Shown one piece after another: positions 38,323 to 51,489 of a stretch of DNA of 64,000 nucleotides. The notes under the pieces were generated by a model. The model saw only the letters and a program-made list of their open reading frames with translations. It was not told the DNA's origin and ran no database searches. The number at the start of each line of letters is the position of its first letter. Positions within the stretch are counted from its first letter, which is position 1. The stretch covers positions 9,114,001 to 9,178,000 of the forward strand of contig CM114271.1 in the NCBI GenBank assembly GCA_050084515.1, given 5' to 3'. A program made the position numbers and the translations under genes. Source of the stretch: Blasia pusilla. Lineage: Eukaryota.

Positions 38323-41300
38323 GTGATGTACCGGTCGGCTTCTCGCTACGAATCACGAATTCAGGAGAAGCCTCCGAGATCTTCAAGACCTTCATGGGGC
38401 GACGGTCGCTCTTACTCAGGTTCCATCGAGGAGGATGGTGGCCGTTCAGCTGCGTACCTGGTTGACGACACGCAGTTGCTGGATAGGGACTTTCAGGGTC
38501 TACGAGGAAGTAACGATCTGAGAGAGGCACAGAGATTAGCTGCTAGCTTTTTCAGTGCGCAAGTTTTGTCTTCAACTCCTCCGGATGTTTACAGAGATGT
38601 CAGACCTAGCAGAGCTTTGAGTCCCGAAGCACCGATGGAAAGATATGCGTCTCAATCCAGCCGGCATTACAGAGAGCGTGATGTAGGAGAGGAGCGATGG
38701 GCAAATCGCTCTATTAGCCAGGAACGCTACCACTCCGCTAGGTCTCTGGAGCCTGATGTTTGGGAAGATGACAAGAGAGAGCGCATGGATGTTTATGGAG
38801 TGCCTGGGAGCAGGGGAAGGAAAAGAGACGACAATTATGGATGGGAGGAAGTCAATCCCGAGTATGGGGCACGAAAGGACGCTGACTATCCCGTGCATGC
38901 AGATGCTGATGCCATGCGGGTTACCAAGCGGGTCGATTGGACAGGGTTGTTTAGGGCGGATGGCAGAGAGGTCGCCGTCGTTGACGCGCCGTTAAGCAAG
39001 CGATCTAATTCGAGCTACGAGGGTCGTCAATTTGTTGAGCCCTATCGGAATGGACAGGACGATCTTCTGGAGGTTGAAGAGTCTGCGTATTCTGGCCGCG
39101 TTAGAGATCCTCAATACGGCTATCAAAGCCTCCGGAAAGGGGGAGTGTACATCGACGATGTGCCCGACGTGCCTGAGGATTATGGGCTCAGTGGTAGTAT
39201 GGCTTCAGGCCGGGCTGTCGGCCGAGGTGGTCTTAGGGAGAGTGATTGGGTTATGGATGCAAGTCGTTACGAGGACAGAGATTCCTACCCTAGGCGCAGT
39301 GGCGGAGTGAATGATGTCGGTGAAATCCCCACTGGTTTTTCGGGCGGAAGCTTGTCTTATCCTTCGAGTCGCGTAAGTGGCCACATGGGAAGAAGGCAAA
39401 TGAATACCAAGCCGAATTATTCAATCCGAGCCAGTTTAACAAATCGTGATATACTTGGATTCTACTATGGCAATTCCTCACACCAGCCCAGGAAGGAGTA
39501 TCCTAGAAAGTACAACGGCTCTGGTGCCCCCCATGGTAGATTTGATAGGGGTCTCCCAAGAGGAGAATCTGGATCTTGGAATGGGGTTGGAAGGTCATCG
39601 GCAGGTTCGGACAGTGTGAAGGATGATAGTGTTCTTTCACGGAAAGGCAAGAAAAGGTGGGCAAAATCACCAAAAGCAGGAGATACTCCGCATGTCTCAC
39701 ATACTTCTCATGGTAAGAGATTCAAGAGAGAAACTGAAGCTGATAAGCTGTTTCTCATGCATAACAGCAAGGCGACTACCCTCCCATCTGAGTCAAATAG
39801 GCGGGATATGCCAAGCCGATTACAGTTTTCTGAAAAGGGTAAAGAGATAGAGGAGAAAAAAGCAGTGAGCATGGATGATGCTGAAAAGACTTTGGAAATG
39901 GTGAAGGTTTCTGCAGACAACAGTTTGTGGGATCACTCAGATTCCTGGTCTGACAGCGAAGAGGAGAAGGCTGGTAATTGGGAGTCTGCCGCAAAGGAGG
40001 AGGGACCCAATTGGCCCTCACCTGGTGAGGAGCGCGATAAGTCGACTGTCCAATCCTTGCAGGCAGCTTGTGACGAGGCTAAGAACTTTCTAGGTGAGTG
40101 TTCTAAGGATGACGACGATTTTCGAGATTGGGAGTCTCTTGCATCTGATTTGGACGACCAGTTGGATGACGTTTGTGTGCAGCAGGGGGTGGAGAGTGAT
40201 GGCTCTGGATCGCCATCTAGTGAGGCGGTGGATGTCGGCCTCATTCCCAGTATGTCCAGAGTGGAGGAAGCAGGAAATGGAAAAGCTGACGGGAAGGTTG
40301 TACTGAATCAGGATTCAGAAATGGTTCAATTGGATAATGAGAAAGATGAGGAATTTGATGTGGTAACTACCAGGGAAGTCATACAACTCGACGATCTTGG
40401 CAGTGCACCAGTTGCAAAGGTGGTTTCGGTTATAGAAGAGGATCATGAAAGTGGGATGAACAGGGAGGACAAGGCATTTGACTATTACATTTCCCTCTTT
40501 GAGCAGGATGCTGAGTTGAAGAAGCTTTATGAGGCTAATATTAATGGCGGTAGCTTTGAGTGTCTGGTTTGTGCTGGTGTCGGAGCTAAGTGAGTGCTTC
40601 TCTTCCAGGCTTGAACTAGTTGTCATTACAAGTATGAGTTGAATGTGGTGTTTCTTGGTTGTGAATTAGATGAAGACAAAGAGGTGTGTTGAGGATTTGT
40701 ATCGTAAGACGGAATAGAGTTGTTTGTGAGCTACAGGGTTTCTTCTGTGGGTTTAGTGGCCACTTTCAGACATGTATGTCAGAGGTAAGCTTATTGGAGT
40801 TTGTAGGGAATAGCCACATGGCTGCCTAGTCTCTTATGTTTCACTTTAATATCACTGCAGGAAGAAAAAAAGGTTTCCAGATGTGGGAAGCTTGGTACAA
40901 CATGCCCAGAAGATTTGTAAAACAAAGAAGCGTCCGGAGCATCGTGGTTTTGCACATGCTCTATGTCATCTTCTAGGCTGGGATACAGCAGCTTGTGGTC
41001 CATCTCCTCTGTCTCGGGTCTCAAACCCTACACAGGATTCATCGGGGCCAGCAGGGCAACAAAATGATAAAATAGTGAAAACGGTAGTTGTCTTCATTAT
41101 TGCCAATGTTTACTTTTTTTGTAAATCCTAATGATTCTGACTTTTTTTTCCTTCTCTCTGAAGAGGTAAATACCCATGGTCATGAGACAAATTATTATTC
41201 AGAACGGGTGGGCTTCTGGGATGTTGTGTAGTGCCAACTGCAAGTATCTGGATAAGTTTGATCATCCTTTCTTTGGAATAGTTCTTCAAAATATAACTTC

Positions 41301-42448
41301 TCTGAGAGAGGATCACTGAAGCCACTTGATAGATGTTTTCATGATAGGCTGGTTAGTTTTAGTGTTGGATATATGTTGTACATGTGGTGGGTGAAACCAT
41401 GGACCAGAATGTTGATGTATAATACCTGTTGAAAGTGTGTAGGAGCATGGTCCAGCACACTGATGACCTTGTGGCTTTGTTCTTTCTCATAAGACCTCAT
41501 AAGTTCTTGCTTTGGGTTAACTTCAACTTCTGTCTGGAAGTCACTGAGATGGCTAGTTTGGAAATTGTGCAGGCGCTCAGTAAACCTGCTGCTGATATGG
41601 ACTGGGAATTGGAATCTGCCAGAAGATTGTTTGAGGAGCAATTGAAAGACGTAGAAAATAGTTCAAGTCTAGAGTCTAAAGTGGCCGACATGGTTGTGGG
41701 GAAGAGCAAATCCTTGGTTCAGGAACAAGGAAAGAGTGATGATATTGCTGATGTATCTACAGACAAAGTTTCAGTTATGGATTTGACTACTATGGGTGAT
41801 AATTCCAGAGCTGCAAAAGTTAGTGTGGTCTCTTCAAGTTCATGTGTTTCCGGGCAGCATAATGTTACTGTGCAAAACTCTGTGAAAGATGATGGTGGGA
41901 CTGTGGAAGTGTTGACATTGGTACCACCAGGGCTTGCAGACACTGCTGGTAGACTGAATGAAGTTACTGTGATTGTTGCACCTGAGGAGTCGGTCCACTG
42001 TCCAGGATCAGGAGTACAGAGTGATGTTGTTAAGCCTGTACAATCACCTGTTGCAGTTGAAGGTGATGGAACTCATGTGACATCTTCAGGATTTCCACTA
42101 GCACAAGATGTAGGTAAGGAAGCCAAGAAGTTTGGTGTGTCAAAAAATCAGTTAAATGCAGGAGTTGAGAGATCATCAGGTGTTGCAAGGACAGATGGTG
42201 AGTTCCTAAGGTGTGCTTTGATTCCATCAGCTACAATTCTGGGAAGAATAGAAGATAAAAGTATTTCGATTTCAACAGGAGGAAATTCAGCACCTGGGCG
42301 CAGTGGTTCTCATACTGCTGCACTGGAGTCTCTGAATGTAATTAAGCCTGATGTGGGTTTCTCAGTCTTGCTGGCCATGCAAGATGGAGGCAGAATGGGT
42401 GGTGGTCCCCCTCCAGCAGACGCTAAAGCTTCCGATGTAGGCTCTTAG
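38323..42448 (+). CDS. Probable host gene: long low-complexity R/S/G/D/E-rich protein with a plant-type C2H2-like zinc finger split by an intron; exons 38323-40589, 40861-41083 and probably ~41540-42448
   Basis: 756-codon intact ORF; GT-AG intron 40590-40860 joins in frame FECLVCAGVGAK+KKRFPDVGSLVQHAQKICKTKKRPEHRGFAHALCHLLGWD; junction to the last exon unresolved. Confidence 0.8.
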
Positions 42449-43984
42449 AGAGCATTTTACTTTTTGTGAGGACTGGAGAAATGTCAGCTGTACAGGTGGC
42501 TAAAACCTGAGGTGCGTGTTGAAACTGCGAGGTGTGAAGTTCTCTTAGTGTCTCCATGAGTTAGCCTTGCTACTGTTTTATATTTCAGGTGTACATCCAA
42601 AGTTGTCTGGACTGAATTTCACTAAGCAAAATAGTAGATCGTGGCTTGGATGATAGGCAATTAAATGTTGATCTTAAAATGTTTTTTGGTCTAGATGATG
42701 TTTTCCTGGACAGTAAAGAATTTGATTGGCTCAATGCCTTAGTTCTCACTGGTTTGTGCTCTTTTTGCGCAGCTTTGTGCAGCAAGTTTCAATCTCCACA
42801 ATGGTTTTGTTGCAACTTCACTGGTGACAGAACCTCTGATAACAAATGGTCTTTCGTCATCCAGATGTCAGTGATAGATATGCCTGAACCTGAAATGGAG
42901 TCTGAGGTATCTGTAAGGTGGAACCCCATGCCTTCAGATGTGTGTTGTTTACCAATGCACTATAAAGGCTTAGGACAAGAGTTGAATTAGAACTTCCTGG
43001 TTTCCTTTGTTGTTAGTCTTTGGTTCTGAACCGGCTGCTAAGATGTTTGCGAGGGGGGAACAAATGAGAGGGTGGTCATACATATGACTTTTTGGACCAG
43101 TATGAGGAAGGGAAGAAGAAACTTGATGGTCACATTCCTATGACTACGTGGAGTGTTCTGTACTCATGAGCTCTGCGATCTTACAGAAACTTTTATCAAT
43201 TATCTGGACCAAGCTTTTTGGCTTGAATTCTGGACTTGCTGCACAAGAATATACATAAACTAAGGGGTGATTTTTTTCCAAGTATAATTCTTTTTGTTTC
43301 TAAAGTTTTTAGTATTTTGTAGATCTTCTGATTCTCATGATTGTGTTTGTGAAAGGTATAGTGTGTTGTGGGAGTATAGAGCATTCTATAGCACTTTCTG
43401 AAATTGTAGAAGACAAACATTTGGTGTGGTTGTGTATCACGTGTGTAAATTCTGTGTGGGCAGGGACTTCTGCAACCTAAAGTTTGGTAGTCCCTTTTTT
43501 TATGGACCAGCTTGGTCACCTCTTTCTTTATGGATCATGATTTTGGTTTGTGTAATTGAAGGTTAAAAACTTTCATGTTAATCCCCTTCCTTCAGATTGC
43601 CTGCCTTTTTTCACTCTTCCTTTCTACTTTCATAGGATATCTCTTGCACATCCACTCCTTGCGGGGAAAAACTAAAGTCTCAATATCATTGGGACCATTA
43701 GACACCAAGTCAGAGTTTGAGTGGGGATATGACTGGTATAGGTGGAAGAGGCAAAACTGAAGATGGAAGTAAATAAAATCTGGGAGATTTTGGGATCTAT
43801 GTTCAAATGAGATGTTCTGGTCATCTCTTAATTTTTTGATTTCCTTACAACATGCGTTGAACCATGGCAGTTCAGGGTTTAGGGTCTAAATCTTAAATCT
43901 TAAGGAACCCTGGAAACCTTATCTTTTGCAGCTGAATTTACGTTCCTCTTGCACTCCGACAACAACTCCGGTTGAAAAATAACA

Positions 43985-44108
43985 TAGTTGGTAACATAGT
44001 TTGGAATCTTATGGAGTAGTTGGTAACATAGTTTGGAAACTTATGGAGTGCTGGAGTAAGTTGGAAACTTATGGAGTAGTTGGTAACATAGTTTGGAAAC
44101 TTATGGAG
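43985..44108 (+). repeat. ~32 bp tandem repeat (AGTTGGTAACATAGTTTGGAAACTTATGGAGT), about 4 imperfect units
   Basis: Directly visible. Confidence 0.85.
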
Positions 44109-45129
44109 CGTTTGTTGTCATTCCTAGCACTCTCAAGGCCATTGCAACTCCGAGATGCATTTGGGATGAATAATTTGGAATTGAAAAGCTTATTGGGAGA
44201 CATTTCCAATGCACCAAAGATACATATGGACACACAAGTAATAAAATGCGATTGGCCTAGAATTGTTGGAATGAGATCTTGGGTTGAGGATCACCGAAAG
44301 TGGCTCAAAAAGGAGTCTTTGAAAGAAAGTGAAATTTTCTAAAACTGTATATCTTGGGGAGGGTCTCCAAGGCCCCTTTGGAGCCTGAACTTTTTTTGGG
44401 AAGCATGGGGATTGAACTAGGAAGACAAGACGGATGGAGAGGTTAGCAGTAGGGTTTCATTACCAAGCCAAGTCCAAGTAGTCCCATTTTGGATGCTAAT
44501 ATTGGACTTTGATGAGAGGCTTAGATATCGAGTTTCAATTAAAGACTTGTTTGAGGTTGTATGGGATAGTTGGGATCAGCAAATGGACTATCATTGTTGT
44601 AGGTCCCTACACTATCAAGGAAGTTTGTCCCAAGTCTTGAATGATTATCAAGGAGAAACTTGAGGGGAGAGGCAAGAGACAAGGAAAGTATTTGAATGGA
44701 CTAAGGCTTCAAGATGGCGATAGTGGATGAATCATCATTCAAATGTTGAATCGAGTGTGACAAACCAAGAGAAGAATCATTACCTTATCAATAGCCAAAG
44801 AAAGAGAGTGTGGCCCCTAACATGCCCACAAGTTCTAAGCATGAAAATGTCCCATATTTGAATCCTTCAACATGGTGGTAAATTCCAAATCCAAATGACT
44901 TGGTACTTCATGTTCAAATAATGGATCTAATGGAGACCACATTAAGTGGATTGCAAGTTGGAGATGGATTGAGCATCCATCTGTAGCAAGAAACTTTGTA
45001 AGCCCAATTTTCCCACTCTATTCACAAGAATGGGGTGTTCATATAAGGTCAAGGAATTCCTCATTGAATTCAACCTTTATTGTGAAGCGTTACAGGCCCA
45101 AGAGGAGGACAAGATCACTATGGTAATAA

Positions 45130-45539
45130 AATTTCTAAATAATCCTGTGCTCCAATAGTGGATGGACCATCGTGAAGAAGATTCAGGCACTGCGTCCTCT
45201 TTGACTCTTTGAGTTGCGAGGAGTTCAAAATGCTTACTGGTGATCGATTTACTCTAGAGTACGAAGATTTTGGAATTGTGCGGAGTTTGTGCATTTGAGG
45301 CAAGTAGGGTCCATAAGCACTTACGTTTGTGAGATTAGCATAAAGTTGATCTCATTTCCTAGTGGGCTTAAACCAAGGGTTGGAAAGGCCCTCTTTCAAA
45401 TACCCAACCTACTAAAGACCCATCCGGAACTCTTGAAACTAGAGGAGAAGATTGGGGACGATGAGATTCAAGGCCACAGACCCTTTGTGTCGCGACCCTC
45501 ATAACCAAACGAGTGCCAAGCGGAACATGAAAACTCTAG
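45130..45539 (+). mobile_element. Chromovirus gag fragment followed by the first ~50 bp of an LTR (45488-45539)
   Basis: SGLKPRVGKALFQIPNL..ELLKLEEKIG is homologous to ORF 19837-20046; TGTCGCGACCCTCATAACC at 45488. Confidence 0.7.
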
Positions 45540-45899
45540 GAGGCGCGGTAGGAGGAGAGGAGGAGAGGAAGAGAGGAAGAGAGGAAGAGAGGAGAGAGGA
45601 GAGAAGAAACTACTTTCAACCCAAAGAGATACTTTTTTTTGAAGAGATTTTAATGTGATTTGAAGAGTGTTTCCGTTGGGTTGAAGAGAGGAAACTTTTT
45701 GTGTGGATTTTTTTGCACTTTTTTTCTCAGTGCTTAGTCATTTCCATAAATTTTTTTTTCCTCTTCCACATTTTGGCAACCCGTCTGAATCCGACAAGTT
45801 GCAACTTGCACAAAATTTTAAAAATTGAAAAAATCATTGAAATCACAAATGTGGAGCAAATCACTTTTTCCATCCAAGGTCTGGAAACAATCTATCATT

Positions 45900-48773
45900 T
45901 TCCCTTGGTTGAATAGAGTTCAAGCTCACAGTGAAGGTTGTGGCAAATGAAAGTACAATCTAAGACCTCATTTTGCATCCTCAAAGTGGTTTGTTTAAAA
46001 TACTTCGCACTTCTTTGAGGGATAGAATTGGTTGGTGGATTCCTATTCCTACCTCTGACTATCTTAAAACTACAAGCAACACATAGTACATGTGATTGCA
46101 AGGGAAATACCTTTTCCCACTTGTTTCTCTTTGGATAAAATCATCACAAGAACATGTGGGAAAGCAACAGATGTGCATCACATACACCCTTGTGACACTT
46201 GAATTTACAGTGCTGTTCTTGACCCAATACATCCTTCCTATTCCATTGCCACTCTGAACGTCTTTTGTGGCGATGATTTCCATGTTTGCCTCCCGAGCTG
46301 ATGCGATTCGCTTTGCTCTCTCCACCGTTGGCCTACACATTATGTTTCTCTTCACCCCATTTCTAGACTCAAACAGAAATAGTGAATTGAGAACATCCAC
46401 CTTCTCCGGGTACATGTTGACATCAATCTTGGGTTGAATCCAAAATGCAAAGGTCTCTGTAATGCGAAGATGCTCCAAATTGCCTCCGTCTACGAGTCTG
46501 AAACCGACACTTGTAAGATTCTCCACTTTGTCTTGAGTGCAATTAGTACTTGGAGCAATGGGCCCCATTGTGGGGGTATTCCCTGGAGCTCCAATGGCAG
46601 CGGGATAAGACTTCTGGAAAGCGCAAGATTCATTTGGGAAGAAGAAGTACTTCAAATGATCCCTGATCCTGGTGAAACGATCAAAGGTTTTGAGCCCCTA
46701 GAAGCCAGGAAGTGGTCGTCCAGTCCTTGTACAATTCTTATTCAGGAAAGTGCCGCATGCTCTCCTAATGCAATCAGATCCTGCCCTGCAAGTGGGTCCA
46801 CGTCCAGGGTTGCTTCGAGATATATGCCACCTTTTGAGGTTACAATCCACCTTAATGACCGGAATCCCATACTGTTGAACTACCCCAGAGACTGGATGTT
46901 GTGAACTTCCAGCAACGGAGGCCTTTTGAAATAAAACATTCACTGATTTTGGAGAAGTTACTTCTACTCAAATTTGGGAGCAATCTGGGGTCTCCGAATA
47001 CCTGGGCAGCGTAATTTCTTCATCCAAATCAGTCACTGGGTTCGTTCCTTGATGCTGCCTTTTCACTTGCCTGAAGTCAAGATACTTATCTGGTCTCCAC
47101 AAGTCTTGCTCGGACTGCTCTACCACCATCTATATGGGACGTCTTGAAACACGCCCATGAATATCCCCACCAATGTGGACATCTTGCTCGAGGGGAGTTC
47201 TTGCTACGCACCGATTGAAGGCTTCCACATAGAGTTTCTCATCACCAAATCTCACAACGGCCCTGACATAGAGCTCGTAAATCGCAGGTCCCTTTCCTTT
47301 GGTTATGCCTATTTTGAGGAAGATATGGGATGCTGCAGACTGTAGCATTGCCCTTGCCTGGTCTTGTTGGCATGCCTCTACAAGTGAAATTCTTTGGCAT
47401 GCTTGTGACGACCTCCAGGAGGAATAAACACTCTTTGATCCACTTGTGTTGGGGCAGAGGGCATTTTCATGAATGTTCAATCCCTGCAACGACGGAAATG
47501 TGAGTAGGGAAAAAAAATAGCTCTATAAGGGAAGAAAATAGCAACCTATCGGAACCCGACGGGTTAGAAGTCGGAGGCATCCCATGAATGACTGTGCAAC
47601 CCGTTGGTTTCCGACGTGTTGCAACACCCCATGAACCACCTACTACAACCCGTTGGATTCAGATGGATTGCAAGTAACTTTGGCCACTCCGGGTTGGAAG
47701 ATCCAAGTGCAAGTCATCAGAATCCGACGGGTTGCACATGGATTTTCCAACCTCCGACTTGAAACGGGTTGCAAGTCGGAGGCATCCCTGGAATGTCCCA
47801 AGAACCTCTTATTCCAACCCAGCACCCCGAAACCTCCTACTGCAACCCGTCGGAATCGGAAGGGTTGAAAGAAGCAAGCTGGTCCGGTCTCAAAAATCCT
47901 TGTGCAACCCGTCAAATTCCGTTGGCTTCCAAGAAGTGTCCACACACGAAGTTTTGTAACATGTCAAAATTCAACGGGTTCCAATTAACTTGCACTGATG
48001 CAACCTGTCTGAATGCGAGGAGTTGGAGACAGACGCAACCTATCAAAATGCGGGGAGTCGGAGACAAACGCAACTAGTTGGAATCCGACGAGTTCTAGAG
48101 AGACGCAACCTGTCGGAATCCGATGGGTTGTAGATTGAGTTAACTCGATGGATTGCAAGCCTTGCAGCTTGCAATCCATCGGGGTCAAGCTATTTGCAGA
48201 CCTTGTATACATGCAACTTGTAATCCGACGGGTTGCACACTCATGCAACCAGTCGGATTCCGACGGGTTGCACACTTAGGCAACCAGTCGCATCCGACGG
48301 GTTGATTGGTTTCTATGGTTTGAAATCCCTATCGTTCCCACGCTTTTCAACTTGAGTTGCAACTTTTCAAACAATTCTCAGCATGAGCTCGAAAGGACAA
48401 AATACGGAACTCACCTGCCGCATGAAGTTTCCCCATTGTCTCATTTGTATAGTCCACCAATTGAGCCAAGAGCACAACTCTTTGTACTTCCCCTCAATCG
48501 CATGCTTCCTTCACCACCCACGAAGTTCTTTTTGGCACTCCATAGCCTGTTTCAAGGTTTTGGTGTCCTTGCAGCGTTGGAGCAGAGTGACATGCTCTGT
48601 TCTCTTATTCTCCTTGATGCAAGATTTGGTGTACCGGGTCATAGACTGTTGCCAATGGAAAGCAACCGACCTTTCCCTCTCTGGTTGAACCTCTCCACCC
48701 TAGAACACTTCCTTGATAGCAATCCATCCAGGTTGTGCATTTTCCGCCATGAATCCATAAATTTTTGGAGGTG

Positions 48774-48810
<37 letters not shown>

Positions 48811-49318
48811 CCTTCACCACCTCCAATAAGAGTAACCAACACATCTTCAAACTGCCAACGTCTTCTGCTTTTACCTCACAGATAAATATAGTTTTGAGTC
48901 ACTTCTCCACATGGTCATAAACATAAGATCCCATGGTCAACCATCCATTCAACCCTCTGTAGCAAACATCAAAGCTTACCTAGCTGCCGTAGAGATCTTC
49001 CCCTTCCCTCATTCGATCTATAAGATCGAGGCCACTCGACGGCCACATAGTTGACATTTTGAAGATATAAGCTCTGGATCCTTTGCCTCCCTGGCCCATG
49101 AACTGCCATCTCTGAATAAATGGAAATCTTGAGTTAGTCTTGATTCTGGAAATGGCATCCATTTCGACCATCTTTCCATCAAGTACCCCTATTTGATGCA
49201 GCAAGTTCCGAAAGCATTCAGGATCAGCGAGAAATGCAAGATTTTCCCATAGTTGTTTCTCCTCAGCAGCCGTGATCTCACTTGGCCCAAGGATTCCAAG
49301 CTGTTGTTCACAAATTTT
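45900..49318 (-). pseudogene. MULE-type transposase, copy C: DDE core, intron 48414-47484, C-terminal SWIM zinc finger
   Basis: Homologous to 11140-11860; GT-AG intron joins WGNFMRQ|GLNIHEN in frame; SWIM YVMHICCFPTCSCDDF...PCNHMYYV in ORF 46059-46655. Confidence 0.82.
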
Positions 49319-51489
49319 GGGGGCTGGTATTCTGGCAGGAGAGAGGAAGATAGGAAGAGAGGAGAGTCTCTCTTAAAAAAAAAGGGCCAAATCCGCCTCC
49401 TCTCTTCAAAACTTTTTGACATATTTGAAATTTTTGTTTGCTTTCAAATTCATGAAATCTTTAGAAGAGAGTATGTAGTGGTCCACATTCGGGCCTAAAG
49501 AAACCTCTTTTTCCAGGGGGTGAAAAACAAGTAGACATCATAAGACCACTACAAACATTTTTCCATCACTCTCCATATGAGCCAAAGTTTCTTCACATTG
49601 CCTCTCTCAGTCTACAATAAGCTGTGCCTAGGGGTATTTTTTTTGAAGGACCATTGGCAAATAATTTGACCAGAAGTAGCAATCTTATCTCAATGAAAGG
49701 TTCAAATAAAGACTCTAACGATGGTCTCAACAGAGTGTGGTGCTTTTCAAGGTTTAACTTCTCGGAATATTTGGTTGACATTATGGATTGACATATCTTC
49801 TTGCAAAAGAAAGGCACAAGGAAATGATTGTTGACTCTTCTTGCAGAAGGCATCAATACTCATCATACATTATGGAAAACCATTGGCAACACAATACCAA
49901 AATGAGAATTGTTGAGCTTCCCCCATTCCCAAGTGTCTCTGAAGTGTTAATGTGTCATGAGACCTCACCCGGATGCGCATGGGGTACGATGCCAACCTCT
50001 CTTTTTGCAGGGATTGTTGCCTGCATCATGGCCTCCCCTGAATTGCCCCATAAGGAATGGTGTCTGCTCAAGACCAAATTTGTGAAATATGAACACACGA
50101 GACGATAATTGAACCAAAAGATTGTTAGCTGTCTAGAGTAAAGAGGAACTGATGTCCCTTCATTCAGATCCTAAATATGAGAAACCGAAAAGCTGCACTC
50201 CTCCCAATCCGTCGGAATTTTATAGGTTGCAACTCTAGCAACCGGTCGGAATCAGATGGCTTGCATCCCTTGCAAGCAAGCTCACCATAACAAAGGAAAG
50301 ATTTTGAGAAGTGATTCCATTCCACCCTGCACCTACAAAAATCCAACAGGTTGGGAATCCGAAATGGCAATCCGACAAGTAGTAGGAATCCAACACGTCT
50401 TAGAAAAGAAAAGAAGCCTACGACTCGTTTGACAATACTAGGGGAATGAGCCAAAAGTGAAGAAGCCCGCCACAATGCCTCAGAAAATGGTCTTATATAT
50501 AAAGAGTCTGATCACTCAAGCAGCCAGCCTGTCGGAATCCGACATGTTGCCTGGAAATGGTTAAAAAGTTGCACTGGTCAAAAAGTGAAAAGTTGCAACC
50601 CGTCGAAATCCGACGGGTTGCAAAATAAACATTCTGAGTAGCTAGACGAACACAATCGACAAGTCCAAAAAAAATATTCAGCAAACTTTTACAAACACCA
50701 TTATCGTTTGAAAAAATCTTGTCCTTTATTACATGCGAAGGAAGCTCGGAAATGTACATTTGATCTAGTCTATGATTTCTTCAGCCTTGTCATGTACAAA
50801 TTTACTCCTTACTCTCCTAGGTTCCTGTACAAAAGGAATGTCTTGGGATACAAGTGGCTCCTCTAGCCGATTGTAGACGGGGATCGAAAATGTTGGCGAA
50901 TTCGAGAGCCTTGGCATCCCCCTAGGTACACCATAACGGTCCCATGTAACCTGATTTGAGTCCCACCGCCTTCCTTGGCAATAAATCTTGTACGCTCTGC
51001 AAGGTGACATCCATCCAGTATCAATATGTGCTCCGTCCTTGGAGACACCATCATGGCAATCCGACATGTAGTAGGAATCTAGCACGTCTTAGAGAAGAGA
51101 GGAAGCCTAAGACTTGTTTGACGAAACTAGGGGAAGGTGCCAAAGTGAAGAAGCCCGCCAGAATGCCTGTAAAGTTGGACTAACAGGGAAAGTCCAATCA
51201 CTCACGCAGCCAACCTGTCGGAATCCAACAGGTTGCTTGGAAGTGGTTAAAAAGGTGTAGTGGTCAAAAAGTGAAAAGTTGCAACCCGTGGCAATCCAAC
51301 GGGTTGCAATATGAACTGTCGGAGTACATAGACGATCACAATCGACAAGACCAAAAAATATATTCAACAAAATTTTACAAACACCATCATCGTTCGAAAA
51401 AATCTTGTCCTTTATTACATCCGAAGGAAGCTCGGAACTGTACATTTGATCTATTCTATGAATTCTTCTGTCTCGTCATCAAATAAATC

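Noticed and set aside
42646-43760. Short ORFs downstream of the host gene
   Set aside because: No recognisable motifs; T-rich composition fits 3' UTR or intron sequence.
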